A stretch of DNA of 56,975 nt. Origin: Octopus bimaculoides. Lineage: Eukaryota. Shown here one piece after another: positions 24,239 through 36,029 of the stretch. The DNA lies in the NCBI RefSeq assembly GCF_001194135.2, contig NC_068986.1, forward strand, positions 58,649,313 through 58,706,287. Reading direction: 5' to 3'. Position 1 is the first letter of the stretch; each line of letters starts with the position of its first letter. The notes beneath the pieces were generated by a model. The model did not search any database. It saw nothing but the letters and a program-made list of their open reading frames with translations, and was not told the origin of the DNA. The position numbers and the translations under genes were made by a program.

Positions 24239-25199
24239 CCCACACACATATTATATATATACGTATAGATGTAAGTATGTACATATACGTATGTATATAT
24301 ACATATATATATATTATTTATATCATATATATATTATTTATATTATATATATATATGTGTGTGTGTGTGTATATATGTATATATGTATATATGTATGTAT
24401 GTATGTATATACAATATACAGTCATCTATACATATATAAACGGCAGTCTGTTTGGATGTCTGTTTGTTTGTGTCAAGTTGCTGTCTACACCCGTTAACAA
24501 ATCTTCGTGAAACTTTTTATGCATGTTAAACCAACATCCAGTTTGTTACTAGGCTCATTGCAGTGTAATAAACATTCTATAATTGGACGGCTAGGGCCCC
24601 TAGAAGGGGTCCAGATATAATCTATCTATTTTCCTTTAATGGCCAAGCGGAAAAACCCTTTCAGTTTTCTTTATTTTTCTTTTGCACACTGGTCATTTCT
24701 CCCTCCATTTATTAGAGAAGCAATATCATTAGAATGACCGCTTGCCAGTGTTTAGGTTGTATAAATACGTGTGCGGCAAAAATAAAAATATACTTTAAGG
24801 GTGCGTAAATTACTTGAGTAGATCGTTTCCAGAATTTTTAAGAAATTTTTTTGTTGGAAAAAGACATACACAACGTAAACATTAGTACCGGAAGTTGACT
24901 TAATTAAATAAATGTTTAAATATAATGAAGTTGACTTTTATTTATGCTGGATGGTATAATGCTTACTTTTTCCGTATATATTTACTGAAACCATTAAATG
25001 GTCAACTACTTTTTGAAGTCTGACGTTCATGCTGGTAATTACGGTCCGGGCCATATTTTACATTGCTCGGAGTTTCTACCTATCGCAATGGGGCAACATT
25101 GACATACAAAGTGATATGGATATTCTTGACTGAAAAAATGTAATGATATGGATAAGCTTGATTTTATGTTTTTATTTTTGTCTGTTTATTACTAGGCAC

Positions 25200-25352
25200 A
25201 GTTTTAAGTTTGCTATGCTGTTTTACGCCAGTTTGGAACATTAGCTTCATTAACATTAAAATGCCTTCCGGCAACTCTATTGCCACGTTCAAATGCATAT
25301 TCAACATATTCAATTTATCCTTCACAGTAAACGATTCATAAGTTCTGCCCAT
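25200..25352 (-). pseudogene. pogo-like transposase N-terminal DNA-binding fragment
   Basis: MGRTYESFTVKDKL, then by frameshift EYAFERGNRVAGRHFNVNEANVPNWRK, resembling the R.SY...FKL.V..YA...GNR.A.R.F.V.E.NVR.WRK HTH of pogo/Brinker-type transposases. Confidence 0.6.
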
Positions 25353-26376
25353 AGTGAGTAAAGTGTCATCCAAGCTGATGTTTCTTGGTAATTAAACTTA
25401 ATTTGTAACACCTGTGCGGATTTATCACCTTTGTCTTTGTTGATAAGTCTTATCAACAACTTTTTCTGTGATCGAGATTTGAGAAGACATGCAGCAATAT
25501 GCTAAAGATCGGACAAGAAATGTACAATAAAGTTTATTATAAACAACACAAACACTTTGTAATTCAATAGCTTTTAATGTGATACCTGTTAAACAATGAT
25601 TATTTTTATTTTATGAAAATTTAATATGATCTAAGTGAAATTATGGCAAATACAGCTAAATTGAAAACTTTTTCCCCTTGGCCAAATCGGCAATTCTGAA
25701 AACATTTGGGCGCAAATTTTTCATGAAATTTATCCTGAAAATCACCTGCGTAAATTAAACAGGTTTGCAAATTACATGGTTTTTTACGGTATTTGGACTG
25801 TTAGGATTATTTTCGCACATTACCCAGAACAACCCTTAAACAAGTAAACAGTATTTTCCTTTAAAATAGGATCCACTTATTGCAGTTAGTGACTTATTTA
25901 CTAATATAGCATGAATGACGATGCCTTTCATGTCACATCAGCCAATTGACAGGCGCTGCATGAAGAACTTTTCAGGCTTAATAATTGTTATAATCTCACA
26001 TCCAATTTGTCTGTTCTTATACAACATGCTTCACAATTTTGGTATACACACCTTATTGGCATTTCCTCTTAAGTTCTACATACTCTAGGAACGCTTTAAA
26101 GCCCATTTCAGGGATACTTTATTTGAATTGTTACTATCGGATAACTAAGCTGCATGTTATTACGAAACTAACTGTACGATTTTGGTATTCATAACGTATT
26201 GGGATCTCCTAAAAACAAGATCCTCTGTAAGATAGTTCATTATTCTCTGCAAATGCACAAAAACCGTTTTAAGGTTACATACATTGTATTGTTGCTATTC
26301 GATCAGCGAAACAATTATGAGAACGGGACCAGGGGATAAGTCCCGCTTTTCCCAGAATTACTGGATACGTCAGCTA

Positions 26377-26438
<62 letters not shown>

Positions 26439-26454
26439 TAACAAATGAAAATAA

Positions 26455-26617
26455 AATGAAAATTCATGAACTGATCTTGGAGGACCGTAACCGAACAATA
26501 TGACGAACTTGTTGCTATGATTGGTGTGTCCTGGAGTTCTTGCCAACGAATTTTGAACGAGGAATTCCGAATGAAAAGAGTTACAGCAAAATCTGTACCT
26601 CGCTTGCTCACAGAAGT
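26455..26617 (+). pseudogene. Mariner transposase internal fragment
   Basis: KIHELILEDRNRTI(fs)DELVAMIGVSWSSCQRILNEEFRMKRVTAKSVPRLLTE covers the second HTH and the WVPRLL-type linker. Confidence 0.8.
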
Positions 26618-26620
26618 TCA

Positions 26621-26675
26621 AACTTGGAATCTTGGGGTTAGTAGCCTGCGCGCTTAACCACTACGCCATATGCCC
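26621..26675 (-). mobile_element. tRNA-derived head (A box intact, truncated in B box)
   Basis: Minus: GGGCATATGGCGTAGTGGTTAAGCGCGCAGGCTACTAACCCCAAGATTCCAAGTT. A box TGGCGTAGTGG and an anticodon-like loop. No complete cloverleaf. Confidence 0.65.
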
Positions 26676-26678
26676 AAG

Positions 26679-26720
26679 ACACCTGATGAAGGCTGGAGGG
26701 TATATCAGCCGAAACATTGT
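26679..26720 (+). ncRNA. Minimal type-I hammerhead motif (helix III damaged)
   Basis: ACAC-CTGATGA(26683-26689)-A-GGCTG-gagggtatat-CAGCC-GAAA-CA-TT-GTGT. Helix I is ACAC/GTGT. CA in helix III is probably a decayed CG. Confidence 0.65.
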
Positions 26721-29199
26721 GTTAACAACAAACAAGATGAGGACAAATATTCGTCAAATGTAAATAATGAACCTTAATGTTGTTTTGGATTTTGGCCATA
26801 AATGTTGCGTTTTACTCTCCTCACGATATATGACCAGCATGAAGTCTTCAGTGTGTTTTTTTTTAAGCCATAATTACTGGTTGTTGATTAACAAGGTGAT
26901 AATGAAATCAACTCAGTAAATTGTTGTTATAGAATATATTTTCTTTCCTATTTTTCTTTTATTGATGTAATGCAAGAGAGAATCTGTGAGGGTAAACATA
27001 AAGAGGGTACTGATCATTTATCTTCACCCTCCTTCCTTCCAGAGCTTTAAGGGCTTTCTGGTTTAAGACTGCACAAATATTACATATGTAATGTCAACAG
27101 AACTTACTCATATAACAAATGTAATACTTTTTTATGATACCTCATTAAGAAGAGGCTAGATAGTTGTTATGTTTACTTTGTGCTATCACTACAGTCATCA
27201 GGAAGATAGCAGTTGGATTAGCACAAAGACCTGGTCAACTGTTACCGTTACGGGCTGCTAGGCATGTATCAATGCGCACATCGCGCACATGCATGTGTGT
27301 GTATGTGTGTGTATGAGTTAGTGTATGGGTGTACACACTTGTTGAACCGAAGGTAAAAAATGTATTTTAGTGTGTATGTTTATACAATTAATCATTCTCT
27401 AATGACATACCAATTGATAAATTATGTGACGTCGATATTTAAGTAATAAGTTATCTCGTGAAGCATAGGTGTTGTAGGGCGACTCATGCAGGGATTTCCG
27501 GGTGCAAAAATGGTTTTATACAGTGTACAAACAATTAGAAAGCTATTCGACAAAAAGTCGATGGTGTGTCAGTCAATACTTACATTCTTATATCAATAAA
27601 ACTTATTTTGTTGGTGGTTACGCTCGGCCAGGTGTACAACAGTTCGATGTAAAACAGATAATAAATTACCGCTGCAGAATGAAAGACTAGTTAGCCTGAA
27701 TACTTCTTATGTCTCTTTACCTTATAGACAAACACTTGCTACTTGTATGAGATAAAAGGTTATGGCCTTTATCTAAGAAAACATTCATATCTTACATCCT
27801 TCTGTATTCTATCTCCACAGACTAGAGATATCACAGCACCACTAACTCAAAATGAGAAGCTACCACCTCTGCCTCTGCTCTACTTCTCACTATAGAAAAC
27901 TCATGTGTCACTTAACTGTGCCATCGATACAATATTGACCCCCTACCACCAGTTTAACAGGGACAATCAGTCAAAACGGATAATTGGTTTGCATATTTAT
28001 ATTTCCTTAATTTATATGAAGGCACTGCTTGTATGAGTTAAGAATCATGACCTCAATCTGAGAAAACATCCATAACTTCTCTTTTCTCATGTCAACAGAG
28101 GTGTGGAGGAAGGACTGAAAGGGCCATGATTTTGCTTGCGTGGACACCCGGAGGTCATATGCACCCCAGTTGTGAACCACTGATCAAGAAGAAGGAGTAG
28201 AATCTATGACTTTTGAAGGCCCTGCCAGGTTTGTGAGATTGATACCACTAATATTCGTCTTGAACATTTGTAAGTCAACACCTGCAGGATAGACAAACAG
28301 GGTGGAAATTCCAGAGGACCGTCATTCAGGGAAAGAAGGACTGGGATAAGAATTGAAGCGGCTACATTTAGTAAACTGAAATCTGATCGAAGCCCTTTTA
28401 TAGTAATCAGTCGCTTTCTTCTAAATCTGATATATAAATTCAAATCTCAGTTATGTTTGTTGTTAATCAAAACAGTGTAAAAAGTAGCTATAACTCATAC
28501 AATAATCACTTCTGGCTCCAGTGGCAGAAATCAAATGCTTGACTTGGTTACTTTGAAATTCAAACATTTCTTTCATCACGAACCGATTTCTTAATCAGTT
28601 CAACATTGGTGAAGAAAGATGATAAAGTAATACATGAATTATTCTTCTCAAATTTTTCCTTTCCAATACGCGCTAATGACAACCGCCTTTTATATAAAAT
28701 CGTATAATTGGAATGCTCTTTCTGTAATACAAATAACATATTTATGGAAAACTACAACCTTTCAAACTATTTAGGTCATCGAAAATAACAACAATAACAA
28801 CGACAACGATGATGATGATGATAAAAGAAAAAGATATCTGAAAAATGAAGGGAGAAGCAAATAGACTTCATTAAAGCTTTTCATTTCTCCGCACCTATTC
28901 AGTCCCTATATTTTTATCATCACATCTTTTTTTCTGATGACTTGACTTTCTATTCATAAAAAAGAAAGCAAATCCTTCATTCCAAAAGGCATAATTTTCC
29001 CTCAGCCTACATACATTTACATTTTTTTTAGAAAAAGGAAAAAAAAAACCCCCCAGCAAAATGTCCTTACAAAAATAGCTCTAGTAAATACACCTTAAAA
29101 TCCTGTTTTATGAAGAACAGCAATCTTCTAACTTTAACCTATTTCGAAAGAAATTCCACAATTACTCACTTGAATTTGCTCTGTGATTCAGAGGCCTTC

Positions 29200-29517
29200 A
29201 CTATGTTCAGAACTAGAATACTCAGAAACTTCAACTGCAGCCCGTTCAAGCTGACCTCAGTTTAGAAGAGGCCTCTCAAATCTGCATCTTCCTCACCTGA
29301 CATCTCGTCTCCTTTCACTTCAGGCCTGATCTCTTGCTTATTCCCTTTCACTCACTTGACATCTTTCGCGCATGATCCATACTCCCTTCAAAATCTAAAG
29401 ATTACTTCACGATTACCTCATCTTATTTCGAAGTCGTCTATTCACTTAGGTCAGTGGTTCCCAACTTGGGGTCCGCAAAGGTACTACTGGGGATCCGTGA
29501 ACTAAATTCAAAACTTC

Positions 29518-29550
<33 letters not shown>

Positions 29551-29840
29551 TACATACATAAGGATAAGCATATTGAAAGGGGGCCGTGGGAAAACTCATT
29601 TAAGCAAAAAGGTTGGGAACCACTGTTGGAAACCACTGTGAAACGTTTGGGAACCACTGACTTAGGTGGCCGTCGTTTCCTTTTTGACCGTCGCAAAGTT
29701 GTGATGCTGGCCTCAACTCCTGTCCGACGAGCTGATGAACATACGTCCTGACTGCAACGCAGCTCTCCGTCAAGTGGCACATTGTTTCGGTAGTTCACTT
29801 CGGTCACAACTTCCTCCCCTCCATTGAATTGTACACTCTC
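29200..29840 (-). mobile_element. Possible LTR-retrotransposon (Gypsy/BEL-like) pol 3' tail remnant, split by a MITE
   Basis: After removing the MITE and one TSD, the minus frame reads ...ITTLRRSKRKRRPPK*IDDFE, like the LRRS.R.RRPP..L.DY tail that follows many integrases. Confidence 0.4.
29452..29659. mobile_element. hAT (Charlie-type) MITE with perfect 8-bp TSD
   Basis: Left TIR cagtggttcccaac and right TIR ttgggaaccactg. TSD acttaggt at 29444-29451 and 29660-29667. Confidence 0.9.
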
Positions 29841-30026
29841 TCTGTTGGTCCCCCCGCCGTTACTTGACAACCGATACTGGTGTGTTTATGTCGGTTCGGC
29901 AAAAGAGACCGATAGAATAAATACTAGGTTACAAGGAATGAGACCTAGAGTCGATTTCTTCGACTAAAACCCTTTCAGATGGTGCTCCAGCATGGCCGCA
30001 GTCAAATGATTGAAACAAGTAAAAGA
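29838..30026 (+). mobile_element. SINE family B, 3' half
   Basis: cttgacaaccgatactggtgtgtttatg...gttcggcaaaagagaccgatagaataa...ggtgctccagcatggccgcagtcaaatgattgaaacaagtaaaag. Confidence 0.85.
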
Positions 30027-30379
30027 AGAATGGAGAGAAAAAGGAAAATAAGAAAGCTTCTGACAATACAGAAAATTTCACAAAAATCTTTGTATCTCAG
30101 GCGCAAAGGCCATCCTCAGAAAGAAACACTCCAGTTACACAGGTTCTGTTCTCCTACTCAAACTGCTCGGCGTTATGTTGGCAGCACAGTTGGAGAGAAA
30201 CTGCTACTGCCGAAAACATAACGCCTAAAAGTTTGTGTAGGGTAACAGAACCTCCGTAACTAGGCATTTCCTAGACTGTTTCTTTCTGAGGATGGGCTTT
30301 TTCACCTGAAATATAAAGGTTCTTGTAAAGCTTTCTGCATTATCAGAAGTTTTCTTATTTTACTTTTTCTTTCCCTTCT
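30027..30379. repeat. Long imperfect inverted repeat (~165-bp arms) with hammerhead-like cores
   Basis: ggccatcctcagaaagaaaca pairs with tgtttctttctgaggatgggc, and ggcgttatgttggcagcacagtt with aactgctactgccgaaaacataacgcc. The loop is about 7 nt (ggagaga). Confidence 0.85.
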
Positions 30380-30763
30380 ACACATACATGTTTACGCCAA
30401 CGATCTTTGGTGTAACCATGATCTTACCATGATCTGATAAACTAACTTTCTTTATTTACATTGATTTGTGAATATACAATTGTATTGTATGAGACCGAGC
30501 CGATATATTGATGTAAACCTGAAAGTATAATTTCTTCCACTCTGAAATAATTAGTGCACGAAGAGGCGTGCGAAATGGCCATGACCCTAAAGCGTGCCTC
30601 CTGACTTTTATGGTTTATAACCGCCCCCTCTCATGTAATAATTTCAGTGATCGGATATTTTTGATTTCGGCTTCATTGATACTCTACATTACATTACTCT
30701 GTATTGTATTTTTATGTGGAGTGTTAGCCGAATCCTTAAGAGGAGAATCGTGATAGGCATACG

Positions 30764-31299
30764 ATTCTCCGAGCCCTCCGGCAACTCCAGTCCGACCCCT
30801 CCACTTCGCACAACTTCCCTAACCGACCCCTCTCCTCCTTCAAATGAGCCCACAACCTACGAGACCTTTTGGTCCACAGCTTCTTCCCTAACCCAACCTC
30901 CCAACCCACAGCAGCGCACACACTAATACTGACCGCTTTCCAGCACCTTCACCATCATCCACACACCTACACACGCCCACACGCAAACGTCAAGGTCACG
31001 CACATACACGCTGTCACATACATACGCACACGCACCTTCGTTTTGGGATTACCATTACTTTATTATCTCCCCTTCCTTTTAGCTCTCCTGTGTGACCCCT
31101 CTGTCCGGCAACCGCCATAATAGATCGCTAGCCACTAAACATTTTCTGTTTTCTCTCGCTGTTTATTTCTGCGTTCCTTTCTGTCGAAGAGCGTAGGCTT
31201 GAAACGTAAAAGACTTTCTCACTTCCCAAGCGTTAAACTAATACATCTGTTTGTTGTTTACACGCTCGTCATCGTCTTCTGTTTTTTGTAAACTCTCAC

Positions 31300-31300
<1 letters not shown>
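30764..31300 (+). mobile_element. 5'-truncated Penelope-like element (ORF fragment plus pLTR)
   Basis: 30764-30880 translates ILRALRQLQSDPSTSHNFPNRPLSSFK*AHNLRDLLVHS, matching the PLE linker F..PP..AFRR..NLRDLLV preceding GIY-YIG. A 3' HHR-like motif follows. Confidence 0.75.
31177..31212 (+). ncRNA. Hammerhead-like motif with variant core CUGUCGA
   Basis: CTTT-CTGTCGA-A-GAGC-gtag-GCTT-GAAA-CG-TA-AAAG. Confidence 0.5.
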
Positions 31301-31341
<41 letters not shown>

Positions 31342-31362
31342 GTGTGTATGTANNNNNNNNNN

Positions 31363-31403
<41 letters not shown>

Positions 31404-31619
31404 TCAATTAAAAGCAGTGCTACTGGTGTAAGCATCAACGACCTCACATATTCAATGTATTTGATTTGTTTGTGTACCGGGTCTCTGCGGAATAGCGTTT
31501 GGGAGACGACTCCCGCATAACGTTGGGTGTTAAAACACCTGAATGTCATATGCAAGTAATGGAGTCAATACTTAATGGAACCTGTTGGATGAAAACGGCT
31601 GGCCGCTAACAACAACAAC

Positions 31620-31680
<61 letters not shown>

Positions 31681-33175
31681 TAAGCATCAAGAACAAGTCA
31701 CAGTCGAATCAAAACCGCAATAAATATTTTGCATATACACATGGAAATAGGTGCAATAATTGCGGTACAGAAAAAAAAAATGTTGTTTCACAGATCAAAA
31801 GTTTCAGAAACTTTATTTATTTGCTTATTTATTTATCTATTTACTTATCTATTTATTATTTATGTACTTGAATTACGTGATACTCATCCACCCATGTCTT
31901 AATTTTTATTTTTTTTACGATATATTCTTCTTAAACTCTAGACACCTAAATTACTCTGATTTGGTATTACGTGTGTATATATGTACATTAAAAATGATGA
32001 GAGATGATGTGTTGCATCGTAGCAAGAGGGCGTTAAAATAATGATGGTAAGAAAAGAGCCGATAGTTATAAAAGCATTGCTCTACGTTGTTTGCAAGCAT
32101 GTTTGTACGATAATGGATAAATTATACATTTACCTCAACAATTAAGGATTAAATAGACAAAGCGTTGCCGGAATCTAATCCCCAAGGGATTAATGCTTAA
32201 ACACCCACAATTAGCGGTCCAGTATATTTAAAATTACTCCAGAGATGTAGTAGTTGCCGGCGGCTACTGATGAAGCTATATATNNNNNNNNNNNNNNNNN
32301 NNNNNNNNNNNNNNNNNNNNNNNNNNNNNNNNNNNNNNNNNNNNNNNNNNNNNNNNNNNNNNNNNNNNNNNNNNNNNNNNNNNNNNNNNNNNNNNNNNNN
32401 NNNNNNNNNNNNNNNNNNNNNNNNNNNNNNNNNNNNNNNNNNNNNNNNNNNNNNNNNNNNNNNNNNNNNNNNNNNNNNNNNNNNNNNNNNNNNNNNNNNN
32501 NNNNNNNNNNNNNNNNNNNNNNNNNNNNNNNNNNNNNNNNNNNNNNNNNNNNNNNNNNNNNNNNNNNNNNNNNNNNNNNNNNNNNNNNNNNNNNNNNNNN
32601 NNNNNNNNNNNNNNNNNNNNNNNNNNNNNNNNNNNNNNNNNNNNNNNNNNNNNNNNNNNNNNNNNNNNNNNNNNNNNNNNNNNNNNNNNNNNNNNNNNNN
32701 NNNNNNNNNNNNNNNNNNNNNNNNNNNNNNNNNNNNNNNNNNNNNNNNNNNNNNNNNNNNNNNNNNNNNNNNNNNNNNNNNNNNNNNNNNNNNNNNNNNN
32801 NNNNNNNNNNNNNNNNNNNNNNNNNNNNNNNNNATATACATATATATATATATATATGTATATATCAAACTGATCTTTAAAGATTCAGTCTATGACTCTC
32901 TGCCTCACTCCTTACTACTTAATCTCTCTTACCCTTTCACTCACTGACAAACGGCAAGATCTTGTGTTTACAATAACAGCTTACAGTGGTGTTTACTCAT
33001 GAAAGCAATCTGTTTAACACCTTGTTTGGACTGTTAAAGTGTCTTAAATGGTGGTCCTCCTGTCAAACTGACATTGAGACGTGTTTACACTGTATATGTA
33101 CACTCGGAACAACGACTTTTTCTTCAGTACTTGCCCGTTTACTGACAAGCAATTGTTAATCGACTTTCAATGCAC

Positions 33176-33225
<50 letters not shown>

Positions 33226-35136
33226 GAGGAGGAGGAGGAGGAGGAGGAGGAGGAGAGGGAATCCCCGCGTTACGGTCGTAATAAGCTCTTGTTAATCTCA
33301 CCGTAACGCGAAATCCCATAATGCAGAATCAATTTTCCTATTGATTTTCATGTTATAAATTGAGTTGCGTGCTGACGGATTTGATTTTTTTTCTTTTTCC
33401 AAAAAACAGTGTACTAACAAAAACATTGTAACACGACCCCTTTATTGCACGAAAATAGCAATTTCTAAACGTACACTGTATAATACTGAAAAACATTTGA
33501 AAAGAAATGCGTTGAGGAACAAATAAGAATCGTAATATAATAACGTTCGTTCTTACTCCAAAAGTTGTTGACAACTGTGCGAATGAATGTTACTGAAAGA
33601 TTGAGGAACGCTATCTTCTAATAATTAATCATTATCAACATCTGCTTGAAGGGTGAAGAAGTTGTTTGATGTTTATGGTGCGTCATCTCTTTGTACAGAT
33701 AAGCATGGGAAGGGGGCTCATCGTATATTCCTCTGGTAATTTTGTTACGTTCACGATTAAGGTCGTTATCAGCAAAACTTGCGGACTCTACTCTGCCAAT
33801 CTCTTTGCAATATATTTTATAGTCAATTTAATGGGGGTCGGTGGAAGATCAGTATTTTGATTGGTATTCTCATCTCGCTCTTTATCAGCCCCTCGGTAGA
33901 TAAAGTTTCTCTATGGGACTCAATTACATCATCTCTAACTTCTCGAAACCTTACATCATTCGCAAGTACCACAATATCTTTCTAAATCTGATGATGATTT
34001 GCTATAAAGGGAAGGTGAAACTTTTAATGAAAGACTTTTCTCGATAGTAAAGACTGGCGTGAAAGAAATTCTTGAGCCTGCGCAACATAAAAATGACTGG
34101 TGAAAGTAGCCTGTGTTGATGCAGAGGCTACTACTGATTAACCTGATTAACCAGAGTAGTTGAAAAAAAATGTGATAAAGATTGCAGAAGTTGGGCACAC
34201 AACAGAGCAAGTCAAATGTTGACTTCCTGCTTGTGGAAAATTTGGAAAGTCACAGGTGTCTTCTGATCATTTATGTTACCAAAGTTGAGAGTTTCACTTC
34301 ATCATATGTTATGATGTTATGTTATCCACAGCATCCATTATGTTGAACTTCTTTCAGAAGTCTCTAACTGGAGGTTTATCTTCCCGATCAATTGCTTTCA
34401 TAAGTTGTTTGAAAGTTCTCAGATAACATACCTTGAAGTTAACTATCACACTTTGATCACTTGGTCAGAGCAAAGAAGTTGTATTCTTGGGGATTTGCTC
34501 TACCCTTACATTATTATAAACTTACATTATTAGAAAGGCTGTGTATTGTCTTAAAAGAGCAATGCTTACTTTTGGAAATATGTTGGCACTATATTTTATG
34601 TTCGTAAACAATTCTTCCAAAAGACTTAGTCATCCAAGTCTTCTTATTTGAACGCTAAATCAGAGATAGATTAAACTACCTTTGAAACCCTTCAAACCCC
34701 TGGATTTCCAGAGTGATACGCAGCAGCAGGGGCGGCTTGGAACACTGTCTAAAGAGAGCAATGCTTTGTTGAAATATTATTTCTAATATTGTACCTTCCT
34801 ACTGTACTTTACGAAATATGTTTATACAGCACCACTCCTTGAAAAGGCACAGTCATATCTTCGCATTTGAGCGTCAAATCAGAAGTAGATTAAACTTTGC
34901 ATAGCAGTTGGAACGATACACGAATAAGAGCTTTCATAAATTACATCACCAGTAACATTTTCTCCCAGGAGAAACATCATACAAATTTTGGAAGCTTTAA
35001 ATCCCGTAGCTGAGTTTTCTTTTTTAATTAATTAAAGTTCTAGCAGCAACGTGGTGTAATTTGCTCTGATGTGTAACCCACTTCTGCAATCTGCTTCTCT
35101 TATTTTTTTTCTTCAACTACTATGGTTAATCAGTAG

Positions 35137-35960
35137 AGTTAAAACCGAAGATATCACCAACATCATTGGCAGTTGTCCGAAAATGTCATCACTGTATTAT
35201 CTACCGATGAGACAGGATGTTATAGCTAGGGCACTTTATAATGAAATTCGTCGGAAGGATAACACCGAGGACAAAGAAATAAGAAGCCATAGCCACTCAT
35301 AATAAAAAGGAGTACTGGTAGATTGTCCCAGTAAGGACCTCAATAAAGTGTAAGCGCAACAGACCTGGTATAATGTTTTGGAATAGAGAAGAAAAATTGT
35401 GTACAGTTGTGAAAATTAGTTGCCCAGCGGATGTTGACATAAAGCTGAGGATCAATGAAAAAGAGAATACTTACTATTGAGAAATCTCCAGTTACTCTAC
35501 CCAGATTACAAGTTTAGGTTTATACCTGTAATTATTGGGGCCCTGGGATAAGTAACACACTGCCTAATTACCAATCTTGAGAAATTAGCTTTCTCAAAAC
35601 CAGGAAGGAAAAAGCTAATTCGAAAAACACAGATCCAGTCCATCACTGGAACTGTAAAAATCTGTAAAACTTTCCAGAAGTTTATCATTTAGATATATAT
35701 GAGCATGTCTAGATATGCAATTATATGCATGAGAATACATACATAAAGCAAAACATACAAATCTGCACACATACATACATACATACATACATACATACAT
35801 ACATACATACATACATACATACCTGCAGTTACTCTATCCAGATTATACATACATATATACAAACAAAAATACCGTTGTTGGTGTTGAAATTTCAATGAAG
35901 GAGCCTTGCATCTAGGTTAGAAACTAGCTTTCTCTTGAAATAAAGTTGAAGAATGACACG
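35137..35960 (+). mobile_element. R4/Dong-like (RLE-type) non-LTR retrotransposon 3' end
   Basis: EDITNIIGSCP...RQDVIAR (zinc-knuckle remnant), KCKRNRPGI...CTVVKISCP (decayed PD..E restriction-like endonuclease) and FIPVIIGALG. Stop at 35690-35692, then a UTR with (CATA)n. Confidence 0.8.
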
Positions 35961-36029
35961 CATACATACATGCATGCATAAATACATACATACACACATA
36001 CATACACACATACGTGCATATATACGTAC

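Noticed and set aside
25437-25459. Perfect 11-bp-arm palindrome ttgttgataag-t-cttatcaacaa
   Set aside because: Short and AT-rich. It is plausible by chance or as part of the pogo-like element's interior, with no independent support.
26621-26675. Functional tRNA gene
   Set aside because: It is truncated in the T-arm/B box, has no acceptor-stem partner, and is treated as a SINE-type head.
28200-28290. Minus-strand exon after ttgtctatcctgcag (GVDLQMFKTNISGINLTNLAGPSK)
   Set aside because: There is no clear donor before the stop and no recognisable homology.
34800-34900. C2H2 zinc-finger remnant (CTLRNMFIQHHSLKRHSHI)
   Set aside because: The Cys/His spacing is incomplete and it lies within an internal repeat of a putative non-coding element.
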